The notes below the pieces were generated by a model that worked only from the letters and a program-made list of their open reading frames with translations, did not search any database and was not told the DNA's origin. Made by a program: the position numbers and the translations under genes. Shown piece after piece: positions 62,557 through 64,000 of a stretch of DNA of 64,000 nucleotides; the stretch's first letter is position 1, and each line of letters starts with the position of its first letter. Source of the stretch: Sulfurospirillaceae bacterium. GTDB taxonomy: Bacteria > Campylobacterota > Campylobacteria > Campylobacterales > Sulfurospirillaceae. The stretch is taken from contig JAWVXD010000001.1 of the NCBI GenBank assembly GCA_033723415.1, positions 320,001-384,000 of the forward strand, written 5' to 3'.

Positions 62557-64000
62557 ATGCAAAGAACAATTGAGCTGTTAAAAAAACATAATTTATTGAA
62601 AATTATAAATGAAGAAGTCGATATCGACTTAGAGATGGCTCATATTGCATATATTGAAGTAAAGCAAGAAAATTCAAAAGCTTTACTTTTTACAAATCCT
62701 GTTTGTAAAAGATTAAATAAAAAATTTGATATTCCGGTTCTTATGAACGTCTTTGGTTCCTTTGAAGCAACTAAATTGATATTTAAAAAAGATCCTGACG
62801 CGATAGCAAAAAAAATAGATGAATTACTACATCTAAAACCTCCTAAAAACATTTGGGATAAATTTAGCATGCTGGGTGAATTATTTAGTTTGAAAAATGT
62901 TTTTCCAAAACGTGTCAATATAAAATCACCTTGTCAAGAAAAAGTTTTAGAAAATATAGATCTACTGGATTTACCAGTTCTAAAAACCTGGCCAGAGGAT
63001 GGCGGAGCTTTTATAACAATGGGTCAAGTATATACCCAGAGTCTAGATGGAACAAAGCAAAATCTAGGTATGTACAGACTGCAGATATATGACAAAACCA
63101 GACTTGGCTTGCATTGGCAAATTCACAAAGACGGTTCGCACTTCTTCAAAGAATATAAAGATGCAGGGGAAAAAATGCCCGTGAGTATAGCAATCGGAGG
63201 TGATCCATTATACATTTGGTGTGGACAGGCTCCTATGCCAAACGGTATGTTTGAACTGCTACTTTATGGTTTAATCAGAGACAAGAATGCTATGCTTGTC
63301 AAATCAAGAACTAATCCTATATATATACCTGCTGATAGCGATATTGTTATAGAAGGTTGGGTAGATCCGCAGAAGAGTGAATTAGAAGGACCTTTTGGTG
63401 ATCACACCGGTTATTATACTCCGATTGAGCCATATCCTGTACTTGATGTCACATGTATAACTACTAAAGAAAAGCCAGTTTATCAAGCCACTGTTGTAGG
63501 GAAACCGCCACTTGAAGATAAATATATGGGATGGGCAACAGAGAGGATATTTTTGCCTCTTTTACGTACAACTACACCTGATTTGATTGACTACTGGATG
63601 CCTGAAAACGGAGTTTTCCATAATCTAATCATTGCTAAGATGAAGACACTGTACCCAGGGCATGCAAAACAATTTATGCACGCATTTTGGGGCGTCGGAC
63701 AGATGAGTTTTGTTAAACATGCATTTTTTCTAAATGATGATGCACCTAGTTTTGAGGACTATGATGATATAATCGATTATATACTTGATAGAGTTTCTGT
63801 TGAGAATATACTGATAAGCGAGGGTGTTTGTGATGCACTTGATCATGCTTCTCCAAATGCATGTTATGGTGGAAAATTAGGGATAGACTGTACTCAAGAC
63901 AATGTTAAGCATCCAAAGAAAACCATAATTAAAGATAGTGAACTTTATGATATAATATCAAATAAAGTTGATGATGTCGTTGGTGTTTTCCAGTATAAAA
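62557..64000 (+). CDS. ubiD: UbiD-family decarboxylase (menaquinone/futalosine pathway), truncated by window end
   Basis: Not in ORF track. Hand translation from ATG 62557 gives MQRTIELLKK..., KTWPEDGG, NLGMYR, HWQIHKDG, EGPFGDHTGYY. Confidence 0.9.
   Translation, partial: MQRTIELLKKHNLLKIINEEVDIDLEMAHIAYIEVKQENSKALLFTNPVCKRLNKKFDIPVLMNVFGSFEATKLIFKKDPDAIAKKIDELLHLKPPKNIWDKFSMLGELFSLKNVFPKRVNIKSPCQEKVLENIDLLDLPVLKTWPEDGGAFITMGQVYTQSLDGTKQNLGMYRLQIYDKTRLGLHWQIHKDGSHFFKEYKDAGEKMPVSIAIGGDPLYIWCGQAPMPNGMFELLLYGLIRDKNAMLVKSRTNPIYIPADSDIVIEGWVDPQKSELEGPFGDHTGYYTPIEPYPVLDVTCITTKEKPVYQATVVGKPPLEDKYMGWATERIFLPLLRTTTPDLIDYWMPENGVFHNLIIAKMKTLYPGHAKQFMHAFWGVGQMSFVKHAFFLNDDAPSFEDYDDIIDYILDRVSVENILISEGVCDALDHASPNACYGGKLGIDCTQDNVKHPKKTIIKDSELYDIISNKVDDVVGVFQYK

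Overview
AT-rich chromosomal segment of a Campylobacterota (epsilonproteobacterial, probably Sulfurospirillum-like) organism. The assignment is inferred from Campylobacter-type gene order: flgA-ubiX-coaD-tmk-hisS-speA-cysE-aspC, DUF2018-ispB-hemA-proS-fxsA-hemC-ubiD and ilvI-ilvH-lpxD. Most of the window is housekeeping DNA, with two accessory blocks. (1) About 5.5-16.4 kb: a tricarboxylate catabolic locus with an orphan TctC-like binding protein, a TctE/TctD two-component system, a TRAP transporter, a PrpF-family isomerase, TcuA/TcuB and an AbrB-family membrane protein. (2) About 25.6-37.7 kb: an A2-type heme-copper oxidase operon (sco-coxA-coxC-coxD-coxB-cyoE) whose subunit II carries a duplicated cytochrome c domain. 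It faces a PCuAC-Sco copper module, and between them sits a two-gene insert (coiled-coil/Zn-ribbon protein plus HNH-like protein) with a degenerate attC-like spacer. A heme-c HD-GYP signalling protein follows. The most unusual structural observation is a complete tRNA-Gly(GCC) gene lying inside the 5' end of the flgA reading frame on the same strand, with no canonical start codon between the tRNA and the FlgA signal peptide. Tandem fqrB-like paralogues are also present. No CRISPR array, rRNA, transposase or integrase was seen. All calls come from motif recognition by eye; no database searches were run.
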